NCBI GenBank assembly: GCA_951406725.2
Contig: OX597829.1
Span: forward strand, 53,816,001-53,880,000
Direction: 5' to 3'
From: Octopus vulgaris
Lineage: Eukaryota
Length of the DNA: 64,000 nucleotides
Shown piece by piece: positions 11,785 through 24,600 of this stretch (position 1 is the stretch's first letter; every line of letters starts with the position of its first letter). Made by a program: the position numbers and the translations under genes. The notes beneath the pieces are model-generated. The model was not told the DNA's origin and ran no database searches. It worked only from the letters and a program-made list of their open reading frames with translations.

Positions 11785-11988
11785 GGGGAGAGGAAGGGAC
11801 AAAGAAAGAAATAAAGATTCTAGAGCGGGTCTACCTGTATCCTGTATCCTGTGGAGCTCTGAAGTTGGATGACAGTTATGTCTTTTATGATACTTCTTCC
11901 ATGCATATTTACAATTCATTAAGGAATATAAATCGATTTTAGTACTTGACGGCAAGATTCGAAATCCGTACTTCGAAGTACGTAACTA

Positions 11989-12152
11989 CCGTATTTTAGC
12001 GTGTATAAAGAAGCCCCTAAATTTTGGGGGCTTAAAATTTGGAAAAAAGGTTTTGTAAGGGATTATAATACAATCCATATATAAGAAACTCCCATATTTT
12101 TTCAACCTAGTTTTTGACAAAAAAGGGTTCCTTTATACACATTAAAATACGG
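11989..12152. mobile_element. Tc1/mariner-pogo-type MITE
   Basis: TIR CCGTATTTTAGCGTGTATAAAG / CTTTATACACATTAAAATACGG, TA on both flanks. Confidence 0.85.
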
Positions 12153-12710
12153 TAAATATTTGTAAGTAATTTTGTCCTATGCCCTAACAATTCGGTCGAT
12201 CTTATGCTAATAGTACTCTATTGTTCACACCTATGTAGTATTTGCCGACACTTAAGTGTCTGTTCCGGCCCTGTCATACTTTCCAGTTATTTAAAGTATT
12301 TTGCCAGTTGAACTGAGAGACGAGATCAAACTCGTTGTTATATTTTCAGATACGTTTGTCCATAATGATAGGAAGAAGGAATGTTCTAACTCCAAGTTTT
12401 TTTCTCTATCTTCAGTATAATACTTAACAAGGCAAAAATTGACACTACATATCGTTTCTGATATATGAAGGCCTTTTTTTAACCTTAAGAAATTATAATA
12501 AAACGGTGGAGCACAATGAGCAAGATTTATAGCATTTTTTACTTTGAGAAAAATTATATTTTTTTGATAAATGTTCACTACCTTACAAAAACTACATCAG
12601 CTAATGTAAATGACCTTTCTTAAAAGCATTACAAACACTATAACATATTCAGAACATTATTTCTGAAAATTATCACCGTTCTCTTTGAGCATACGAAAGA
12701 CAAATTTAGA

Positions 12711-13364
12711 TGGGGCAAAATGAGTAAGACAAGATAAAATAAATTTGTATCTTCAGTTCTGCAGAATTACATTTGAATAAAGACCCATACACATCCTTAG
12801 ACACCAGAAAGATCAGAATTGCAACAACAATTTAAAATATCTAGGTCAAATCAAGAAGATCATGGAAAAATGACACATGATATGAAATTAATGAAACTCG
12901 ACTAAGTCTAAAAACTCGACCTAAAATATTCTCAGTAGCTGTTTCACAAGCTGCCGAAGAGGCTCCCTTCGTTATATATTTACATACTATGCAGTGAAAG
13001 AGAAAAAATAATTGAAATTAGTTATTACTCATTTTGCCCCAGTTTAGACATTTGTTGGGGGAGTGAAAATTATCATATTAGATATTAGTGTGGGAGAAAA
13101 ATTAACTTGGAATCCAACAGAAAAAAAAAGAATATTGATTGTTAAACGACAAAATTATCCAGATATTTTATTAGAAACCTCAATTACAATCGGGTCAAAA
13201 TTGAGGAAAAATTTCTTGAAAAAAAAAAGTACTTGTTACTTGTTTCAAAAAAGTACTTGTTACTTGTTTCAAAGTTTTACTCACAAAGACGATGCAATAA
13301 TTGCAGTGTAATGGTTCCCAACAAGAGAAAGTAATAAAAATCAGAAATTACTCATTTTGCCCCA
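12711..13364. mobile_element. decayed DNA-transposon remnant with TGGGGCAAAATGAGTAA inverted motifs
   Basis: motif at 12711 with inverted copies near 13025-13040 and 13348-13364. Confidence 0.45.
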
Positions 13365-13965
13365 TTTATAAATTTTGTCCCCCACCCTTCCACCTCGATA
13401 AAATTCATATCGACTATTTGTACTTTGCTGCCTCATTCACTAGAGAATACTGATGATTGCTTTCTGGATGTTCGATAACCATTGGACTCACCATCAATGT
13501 GAAAGAACTGAAGTTTCAGGTCCACTACCCAAAAAGGGGCGCCTTGCGCTCGCGGTCCAACATCAAAAACGTCGCTCTAAAAGCTTCAATTAACTTGGAA
13601 GTGTTAGGCCCGCTGATAGCACGGTGGACAGATGCATTGATAGCCGTCAGCCCTAAACTAGTAAAATCCCATTAGTCACTTCTGTAGGTTGTGTTTGAAA
13701 GATTTAATCAATACTCGACTTAAATCCAAGTCTTTATAAGGCTTACGGCTTTGGCCACACTTTTTGTTCGGAATTCGTCCGCATGTAAGTCAGCTCGACA
13801 TTCGTATTTTGATTATTTTTCTGGTTTCTCTTGAAATAAAAAACTTTACAACTCTCACATACATACAGAAAGAACTTTGTTCAATAATGTCTATAAAGAA
13901 CTGTCAAAATATAGAACACTTCAACCACATGCATTATCGCATACAACACATAGTCGACACTAGTA

Positions 13966-13996
13966 CTTAGCGACACTGTTAAATAACGTTGCTAAG
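13966..13996. promoter_or_regulatory. putative RFX (X-box) half-sites upstream of the WD40 gene
   Basis: CTTAGCGAC (13966-13974) and CGTTGCTAAG (13987-13996) about 400 bp upstream of the ATG in a CpG-retaining segment; short motifs, could be chance. Confidence 0.4.
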
Positions 13997-14384
13997 ACGC
14001 TTTATCGAAATCAACAATGAAATAGAATTAATTTAGTTTTTGTCAAATAAAAAAAAAGAAAAAAAGACGTGTAAAAACAGGTTTCTTGATTTATGTAAGT
14101 TATTGTTCAAATTTAATCTCTGTAGCATCCATATAGGTTATAACGTTGGAATATTCGTTTCATGTGCTGCAAGGTAGAAGTTGGGTAACTTAAAGTTAAC
14201 TACTAATCTCCCAAGGTTACCAATACAAGAGGCGGTGGTGGTGGTGGTGGTGGTAAGACATGACTTCCAATGAATAACTAAAAAAGAAAGAAAGACTTCA
14301 CGACTGTTATATTGTCATTCTTGTTTCTGACTGTTGTCAACAATTTCAAATACTTTATTATTTCTCATTGTAGAGAAAGATAAA

Positions 14385-14699
14385 ATGTTACCTTTATCGA
14401 ATTTGGAAAAAGTTCGTGCCAGCCCTGCCAACGAAAGACGTCAATCAGATTCTGCATTTAATACTACTCTAAGGTTAGAAACAGATCTAGAAGTCCATGA
14501 ATATAAAGATCTTATTAAATCAAAACCAAACCCAAGGCCACGCACAGCATCTGTCGATCAGAAATGGCATATGGTTAAAATGGTTAAATCAGATGTTCAG
14601 CTTGCCAATGCTACCTGGCGGCGTGTGACAGTTAAATTCATCAATGACATGATACCACCAGACAACTTACTATACCCGGGTCACTTAGCAAAGGAAAAG
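14385..14699 (+). CDS. coding exon 1 (MLPLSNLEK...HLAKEK)
   Basis: ATG in AAAATG context 11 nt after a pyrimidine-rich TAG acceptor (14371-14373); 105 open codons; AAG|GTAAAA donor, phase 0 matching exon 2. No recognisable domain, so less certain than later exons. Confidence 0.7.
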
Positions 14700-15581
14700 G
14701 TAAAACTCTAAAATACTATTTTTTATTTATCAAGTCCAATACTGCTGTTTCTTTAATTTCACTTTAAAATTTTGTTGCCTCTTATTCTTTTTCTATGTCA
14801 AACTCTGAAACTCAGTTGTGATTCCAATTGGAACTGACGATATTTTCTGGAAATATATGCTTACCATAATTTTTTCATCTAACGAATGTCAGGTTTCACG
14901 TCTATGTACGAAATTATCCTAGTTTTATCAACCAACCTATTTTCTAGCACTTAGTCTTCCTATGATGACCACCACTATGAGGATGATAATGATTGCATGT
15001 TAATAATGACGGTATATTTATAGAATGGTGCCACTGCTCCTTTGTAAAATTGTATTATTGCTCCGCTGGGCAGTCTAAGAGTGTTATCAGAGTATTGGTT
15101 TGAGATAGTTACAAGAATTGGTAAACTACTGAGCGAAGGAAATTACTAAGAGAATACTATCGTAAGGTTAGAATACAATATTACTTTATTTATTTTTTTA
15201 TTCATTAGTAGACGAAGGAAGTTTCAACTATGACCTTTTCATGTTTTCCTAGACTAGTGAAATCGATGTTCATATTTATTTTGAACATCCGTATGCTAAC
15301 ACTTGCAGGGAAAATAGGCAACGGGGAGGGGGGGTTCTATGGAATTGTATTCGGGTGAAGAGTTATTGGAAACGATGTTTGGTGTGGGAATTGGAGAGAC
15401 GGGAGTGTAGGAGTGGTTGGAAGAGGAGAGAAGAATGCATTAGATAGTCCTTGACGAAGTGGATATGTTGTAGATCTACAAGAGACGGGAAACAGCACGT
15501 TTGATTGTGTGTGACTTTGTGAATATTTGCTTATCAGTTGGAAGGGTTTTCTTTTAGATATAATCTACAGAGATTTTGTGT

Positions 15582-15637
<56 letters not shown>

Positions 15638-18600
15638 CAGTGTCACGTAAATGTGAACAGTACTCTAAAAGTTTTGTAACTGATAAGGACAAAAGTATTT
15701 GCCAGCTCATTAGAGGAAACCCAGTCTTTCTCAGATATAGTTTCGGCTTATGCTATTATATGTCACCGTGAGAGACAATTTGACCGACCTTGTTGAGCAA
15801 GCCTCTACGTCATCTTTTGAGCTGTTAGAAATAGCTGCTAATTCTCCCTGAAATCACTCCCGCCTACATTCGAAAAAAGAAAGGACAAGTTAAATAATTT
15901 AATATAAAAAACGTGGTGTTCACAGCTGAAGTACCTTTGAAAATAGGTTTCTTCGATTGGAATTGATGTGGATTAGGCAACAGCTAAATTTTAAAATAAA
16001 ATTTGTTTATATTTGTTAAATTAAACTAATAAGTGGGGTCCGCTCCCACCAGAACGATTGAACAGAAGCTGTACGTAGATTCTAACAAGACAAAACTGAT
16101 GGCTCATTAGGTGAACTTATCAGTTAAGGTGGTAAGAGCATGAAATAATTTCTTGGCTATAGTTTGTAGAGGATAGATTTTGATATATCGATGCTAATAT
16201 ATATTGTTTACGTCTTATATAATATTAGGATAAATTTAGTGTAAGGCTGTTGACAGAGAAACTTCCCCAAAAATTGACAATAAATGTCAAAGTGTCATGA
16301 TGGAATGTTTGGATATGGACTAAGAAGGTGAAAAATAGCAGAGAAAGAGTTAAACATGAGAGTAAGCTGGAGATAAAAAGGCATTTAAATGAAAAGCATC
16401 TTGTGCTGTTGTGTGGAAAATGGCTATTTTGAGATATTTATTAATGGAAATAAAAGTGAAATATGTGTAGGCAACAGTAAATTCATAGTAAATTGTAGCT
16501 AGAGTAGAGATAGGTTATATAATATTAGTGAATGGTAACTAGCGCAGAAGTGAATAACAGTGGTAATGACTTATTTTATATACGTTTTACCCATTGACAT
16601 ACAACTTTCCAGCCAGGGTTGGCCAAGAGTGATGCACAAATGAAGTTTAATACACTCTGGAATCGTCAAAGACATGCTTCAATTTTTCTAAAAGGAAATA
16701 AAATAAAATATAGATGAATACACATTTCCCTATACTTGAGGATGAACAAAATGAATAATATTAATAATAATAACAATATAAATAAAATGTCAAATGTTTT
16801 GGTGCGTAACTTTTGGCCCACCCTCTTTTTAATGCCTAAGCCATTTTTCACAAATTGAACTTGCTACTTTATAACAACTGCATGATTCTGATGTAATAAA
16901 CTTTTTGTATACAGTACTCAGGTGCAATTTTACACCTTGAAACTTCTGTGTACTCCTGTTTGCAATCTATCTTAGATGTTATTTTCTTTTAATTATTTTG
17001 CATGATTCATTAAATTTAATCTTATAATCCGGTTTGAGGCATTTACTCTGTAAAATTATTGACAGATTACATGTTTATATCCATATGCTTCTATATGAAC
17101 CTGTGTATATATGTGTATGTGTGCATACGTACGTACGTACGTACATACATCAATGTTTTAATGTCCACTTTTCCATGCTTGCATGGGTCAGTTGAAGTTT
17201 TATTGAGGCAGATTTTTTTTGTGCTCTTAAATAACAATATGACTCTTAAACAACATTTCCTCTTTGTAACTGTTCATAAGAACAGACTGATATTGGAAGT
17301 TGTTGTCCATATCAAACAATTTCTTAAGCAAAACAATTTAATTGTATTTCCTTGTTTCTTGAATGCCAAACAAACACTCTAACTGGGTATCTTCTGGTTT
17401 AGCACCTGAAAAAATTGAAAATTTTCAAATTGGGACACATGGCTGCACAAACATGTCACAAAAAATTCATGTTCCTTTAAAGATGTCCTCACTGTGACAG
17501 TCTAATCCAGACTTTTTTTAAAGCATTTGTACTTTAACTATCCTGTCATTTTTTTATCATGCTAAAATTTTCCTCATGTCACACACTACCTTTTTTTTTT
17601 TGTTAAGAAATAAGATCATTACATTGGATAATGTAGTCTGAGATATACTGCCTGAAAAAGTTTAAAAAATGGAATGGTCATGGGTAGAATGTCTTTGGTT
17701 ATAGATCTGCTGGATCAGAGCTGACCTATAGCCAAACAATAATGATAACTAGAAATATATTTGTACTGGGAGTTAGTAGTGTTGCTAAGAATAGTGGCTG
17801 TAGGAGGTGTGGTCAAAAAGTATCCAACTTTGAATTTTTTTTTTTGCACAAAATGATAATGCGTGAGCATAATTCGCATAGGTATTAGGTGGCCGTGTCC
17901 TTCCTGAGCATGTGCAAAAGTTTTCGTGTCTGTAGGTTGTGCCGTTCATCCACAGTGACGTGTTCAGTACAGACATAAAGAGTGTGCTGTGTGATTTTTT
18001 TCTTTTTGGGTCAAGATGACTGAGGGCATTGAGCAAAGATGCTGCATCAAATTCTGCCAAAAACTTGGTGATACGCAAGCCCAGACTATTAAGAAGATTC
18101 AGAAGGCCTTTGGAGATGATACTATGGGGAAAAAAACAAATAAAGGAGTGGTTCAAAGATGGCCCCACCTCAGTGGACTGAGCCATGTTGTGGCCAGACC
18201 ATCAGCTAGCAGAAATGGCGAAATGGTTGCAAAGGTTTGAAGAATAGTCTATGAAGACTGCCATGTGACTATTGAGGAGATTATTGCTAAAGTTGGAATC
18301 AGCCATGGGTCAGTTCATTCCACCCAGGTTGTCCAACATTTCTCATCAAGCAAAACACACCACTTGTTCGTCAGGCTTGCTACTCCCCAGACTTGGCTCT
18401 GTGTGACTTTTGGATATTCTCAAAACTCAAAAAGACACCTAAAGGGAGAAGATTTGAGTCAACAGAGGACATTAAGCAAAATCTGACAGCACAGCTCTAC
18501 AGCATCTGGAAAAGTGATTTCCAGAAATGTTTCCAGCAGTAGCAGGAATGCTGGCAGAAATGTGTAGACTCACTTTGGAGGAGACTCAATCAAAATGGTG

Positions 18601-21600
18601 ATTTTTTAAAAATATTACTTGTTTTTTTGGCCAAGGGTCAGATACTTTTTGATTACACCTTGTATTTCTCATTAATGCAAATTTTGATGTTGAAATCTTT
18701 AGAAATTTTGAAAAACAAACATTTAAGTAAGATCTGAAAAATGAATTGGATGTCTTTTATTACCGGTTTCCTGGATCAAGGCTGACCAGGACAAAACAGC
18801 AACTAATGGTGCCTTGAAATTACATTAAAAAACAACTTAGTGGATAGTTTTTTTTTGGGGGTTTTTTTTTCAATATTTTCCATCATTTCATAGTTTTCCA
18901 ATTTCTAAAACACCTGCAATTCACATTTAAGAAAATTTCTTTTCAAAAACCTGCTTTTAAAATGTATTCTCATCTCCCCGCACCACTTCATAGTATCTTT
19001 TGGAATAGCTGTCATGATTAAAATCAAAAACACACACACACACACACACATGTATCTACAAACAAAAGGCTAATTTATTGTGGCTAAGGAAAGTACTATT
19101 GAATGGCCAGTTGTTAAAGGGCCTACTTGCTATTACATGACCATTGACTTCTTTTATTAAAGAATACACAACTGTTATGCATTACATACATATATTTGCC
19201 AAATTGTCATTGAAAGGTGAGCTATATATTGAAAGGACCTGAAACAATAAACCATTACATTGCAGCTTAGACTCAAATTTTATGGAAATGTTTATGCATT
19301 TGTTATGCTATATTTTTTCTCTTTTAATATACAAATATGATACCTTGCTTTAATACGATTAATACTGTAAACATATCAATTTACAGATTGAAAATAAATT
19401 ATCTATTGAAGTCCTAAAAGAACTTGGGAAAAGTTTTCGACTGTCAAAGAAAAAATCCTATCTGGAAATAAATGCGGAAGACTTTAAAAGAGTCCTAAAA
19501 CAATTGCTTGGAAATGTCGTAAAGGTATATTTCTTTTATTTTTTTAAAAATGTATTTGTTTATGCATAAAATTCTTGTGTTTTATTATAAATATTGCAGC
19601 AATTTCAGAATATTTCAACATCTTTCTTTGCTATGTAGCACAACCAAGGCTCTATTGCTCCATCAATACAATGTATCATTTATAATGTGACAGGATTTGA
19701 ACTGATGTCTTTTGCTTCTGTTGAATCAGTAATTTGATCCCATTGGATATTATGCAATGTTCTTGATATCAAACCCTAGAAATTAATTTTAAGGTTATTA
19801 CTGACTTTAATCATCACCGTCATTTAACGTCTGTTTTCCATGGATTGGACGGCTTGACCAGAGCTGGCAAGCTGGAGAGCTGCACCTGACACCAGTCTGA
19901 TTTGGCATGGTTTCTACAGCTGGATGCCCTTCCTAACGCCAACCACTCTGCAGAATGTGCTGAATGCTATTAGTTTTGTGAAAGTGACAAATACAAGGTG
20001 GCAATTTGGCAGAATCATTAGCGTGTTGAGCAAAATGCTTCGAGGCATTTGATGTGTCTTTATGTTCTGAGTTCAAATTCTGCCGAGGTCAACTTTGCCG
20101 TTCTTTCTTTCGGGGTTGATAAGATAAATACCAGTTGAATACTGGGGTTTGATGTTATTGACTTAACCCCCTCCCTTGAACTTGCTGGCCTTGTGCCGAA
20201 ATTTGAAACCAATATGACAAATACAAGTAAGGCATTGAGCTGGCAGAATCATTAGCATGCTGGGAAAACTGTTTCATGATGTTTGTCTGTTTTTATGTCC
20301 TGAGTTCAAATCTACCTTTCATCCTTTTGAGGTCAATGTAATCAACTGAACCCCCTCTCCCAAAATTTCTGGCCTTCTGCCAAAATTTGAATCCAATATA
20401 AAAAACATGAGTAAAAGTCTAGTAAACATTTTTGAGCAGTCCTACTTTCAATGATATCCTCACTCACCCTGAACATTCTGTGTTCAAATCCTGGTGAGAT
20501 CATCTTAGCTTTTCATTATTCCAGAATGTCAGTCAATAAATATGTGCCAGTTAAATACTGAAGTTAGTTAACTTTTTTGTTACTGTATTACTGCTTTTGT
20601 TTTAATTAACATCGAAAATAATATAATTTGGTAAAAAAAAAACCCAATTTATTGTTATTATTAAACTGATGTCTGAAACAAATTATGAAATTTTGATGAA
20701 AGGTTTTGAATGAGATCACTATAAAACAAAACAATTCCTATCTTGCAACTAGGGTTTGTCTCAGGTAGGTCATTATCAAAAGGATTAATGTAACTATACT
20801 TTCTCTTCCAAAATTTATGGCCTTGTGTCTGTTTTAGAAAAATATTAAAATCATTGAACTGTGATTTTCATCTAGCTCCCTTTCACATCATAGGGGGATT
20901 ATAAGGAAATCATAACCTATATCTCCCTTCCAAATCTCTGATGAAAATGTCAGATTTTTAGACTTCTAACTTAAAAACTAGAATCCTGGAAACAGTGTTA
21001 TCATTCTAATTCAAAATAAGATAAATCAGTAGATTAAAAAATAGGATTAAAATGTAATAGCTTTACAAGAGATTTTTGCATTATACACAATTTTCAGAAT
21101 TGTTTTTGAAACCAAAGTAACAAATTAAAAGCTTGATATTTTCCCCTTTTTTTTTTTTTAGGAAGCAGAGATTAATGCTTTATTCATGAAGGTTGACTTC
21201 AATGCTGTGGGTTCCATTACACTGAATCAATTTTGTACATATGTGCATCTCATTTACCAAGACTTTTTCCCCAAAACTATTACCTTTTTGTTACCAGCTA
21301 GAGGAGAACCTTTGCCCCACCGAGAACCAATCTGTCGTTTATGTGAAAACCATAATGGTACCCTTATTACATGCAGTGAGGTTTGTATAAAAGATATATT
21401 ATTCATGTGTTGTCGTTGTCATCATACATGTTTTAACCCTTTTGATAACAACCTGGCTGAAACCGTCTCTGGCTCTGTAAGTACAGATGTTTTGTTTTCA
21501 AAAGTTCTGAATTAAAATCTTCCACCAAACCTTAGTCACAATTTATGTTCGTAACACTAGCTGAATGATAACCAAGTTATTTTACTAAATTCTTTGTTAT

Positions 21601-24600
21601 ATTTAAAATTAATTGAAAGAAACACAGAGCATCCCAACAGAAATATGGTAACAAAAGGGTTAAATGTGTTTTCCCATGTAAAGATTATTGAAAAGTAATA
21701 TGCTTCAATATCTAACTTTGTATAACTCCATTTTATCTGACTATAAAATGAGATCATCAGAGATAGTAAAACTGTTTCACATTTTCTGCAATTTCCATTG
21801 ATGATACTGTTTGAAATTTTAGATACTGGGTTCCGTGATTAACCATATTAACAATGCTGGGCATACTCACAAGTGACAGGGATCAGAATATAAAAGGGCT
21901 GGTTGTGTAAAAGAAGAGAGAGATATAGATGGTAGCAAGTGCCTGGGCATACCCTTGAGGTTCGAAGGTCATAATATAAAAGGCAGGATATTGTGAAGGA
22001 AGTGTTATTAAAGAGTGGAGAGCTAAGGTGAGTGAATGGTGAAAACCTAGGTATATATACAGTCAGAGGGCTACCGGATAGCAATGGTGCTGAGTTCCTT
22101 CTCCTACCTAACTCTTTTACTGTTCTTTCTTCCTACCTCTATTATTATTTCTACTTTCCAGTGGTGCTCATTTTTTACTTATGGCCCTCACCTTTGATTC
22201 CTGTTTTACTCAGGTGGACCCTTATAGCCTTTTCATATTTAAAAAGCTCTATTTTTTAAAATTAAATACTATTAGGAATTTTATAGAAATATTGTTAAAA
22301 TATTTTGTGTATGGTAGACGTATAACCAATTTATTGTATATAAACTTTAACAGCAAAATCTTATATGGACCCCGCTGCTAAGGGTCGTATGGACCCAGTT
22401 GAAAACTACTGTATCCCTACCAGTCAGCTACTCTCTTTACTTGTATCCACTTGTTCCACTCAACTTTCCTAAACTCATCATCCCTATTGCGTTTCACCTT
22501 CCAAGCTGCACTCCAAAATCCTTATCTAAATCCTTCCTCCCCAGAACAGTGACTGTTTGCTATTTTCTTCCCATCTGATATTTCTCCCTTATATATTGAA
22601 ATACAGATGTTCAATATGAGCATACAAACTACTTTGCACCACATCAAAGCCTTTTACCAGACAAGATGATGGAACACCCAAAACCTTATTTCACTCAAAA
22701 CATACTGCATCTCTTAGGAAAATAAACTTACTTCACTTCAATCTCGATACTTTCTCAAGAACTTCTGCATAATTTCAGGCAACCTTGAACTGTGTTACCA
22801 TACTTCTGTTGAAACACTGTATTTATTTCAATTAATTTTGAAAACAGTGAAGAATTTAGTTATTTTACTTTCTCATTGTCAATCTGGAATTTGGAACATA
22901 AATTAACATGACATTTTGTTGGCATGTTTTAAGTTAGATTACTTAAAAATAAGAAGTTTGTATCATAAAATCCAGGTGTGATTTCAGGCAGGTTGGTATC
23001 AACATTTTTAAAAGCAATTACATATTTTTTTATATAGATAAAAATGCTATATAAAAAAAGAGAGCAAGTCTTCAGAGCCGGAAAATACTAAGTGCATTGA
23101 AAGCAAATATGCGTCACACTTGATTGCTGCTTCTTTTATACATCTGTTTACATTTAGCCCACTCCCAAAAGAAACTTACCTACTTAGTAAACAGGACAGC
23201 ACTGGCTGGTGCCACAAAATTCAAGCTGTAATTTTTTTCAATATCTGTTCTACAGTTATTATAACAAAATTTTCTCCAACAGGTCTGCTAAGGCCATATA
23301 ACAACAAGACTAATTTCTCTAAACTTGTTCATTGTATTGTTAGCACTTAAATGCTTAACTGCTGTGTTCTTAATTTGCTGTTGTCAAATCCTATCCCAAA
23401 CCATGTACTAGATACTTTTCCTGTCTCTAATTTTCTCAGAACAGTCTCACTATTGAAGGAGGTGAATTACTAGGATGATATATATTTTCTTTTCTGATAT
23501 AATAATCGGCAGAATTTACAGAGTGACTCAAGAGCTGGTCTCAAATCATGGGGTTATATACTGGTGATAATGGTATTTCTCTGGATTGTTCTAAAACAAA
23601 TTATAAAAAAACTATTACATGTCACATGGATAATGCATGTTTTTCAAATGATTTGCCCATTAAGAAATACACACATACACATGCACAGACATACTAGTAA
23701 TAGTGTAAGCATTAGACAAACTGGCACAATATAATAAATAAACCAAACCTAGGACTATATGTATAGCTTTTCCCAGAAGCTTAATGCTCAGGCGCAGTCA
23801 GGATTGAGGGGTCTCAATGTTAAAAGGCTTGTAACCACTATATTTTGGGTCTTTGACTGACAAGGAAATCAGCTATGAATGTTCTGTGCATCGTGTTTTT
23901 GCCTAATTTTCTTCCTGTTAAGTTTCTGTCTGCTTTTGTCTAATTTTTTTCTCTTTGTTGTGTTCTTTCTGTTCAGCCCTTGATATATATATTTATATAT
24001 ATAGATATATATATATATATATCATCATCATCATCATTTAACATCCGTTGTCCATGCTGGCATGGGTTGGATGGTTTGACTGGGCTGGCATACTGGAAGG
24101 TTGCACCAGACTCCAGTCTGATTTGGCATGGGTTTCTACAGCTGGATGCCCTTCCTATAAGTATGTACATGTATCACTCACCCAACCACTAATTTGTAAA
24201 ACTTCAATGCAGACAATTATCTCACTATTTTCTATTTATTATATCACAGAGTATAAGGAATCAATAAAACATTTAGAAACAGTCCACTGCTCTTCAGATT
24301 TATTAATACAATAAAAATTCGCTTAATTGCATTGCAGTTAAACATATAATTTGATTAACTGCATACTTTTTCAAAGTACAAAATCGTTTAGCATCAAATT
24401 TAAGTAAAATTATTAAATAAATCATTTATCCAAATAAAGTTAATTTTGGTTAATTGTCTAAGATTTGTCCATGATGCTTTAGTTTTAAAAATTGGTAAAA
24501 TATAGAATAAAATTTGAACATGTTTTGATACGAAATAAAATGATTTTTGAAGCATCTATCTTCATGATGACATAAAATGACAACATTTAATCTTAGCAAT

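Noticed and set aside
11419-11955. 178-aa Tyr/Cys-rich ORF resembling a structural protein
   Set aside because: Reverse translation of the TAG/CAG microsatellite
13225-13272. Short direct duplication of aaaaagtacttgttacttgtttc
   Set aside because: Simple slippage duplication in a transposon remnant, no further signal
14334-14384. N-terminal extension of exon 1 given by the ORF track
   Set aside because: Starts at a non-ATG codon and runs through a polypyrimidine tract and acceptor; ATG 14385 preferred
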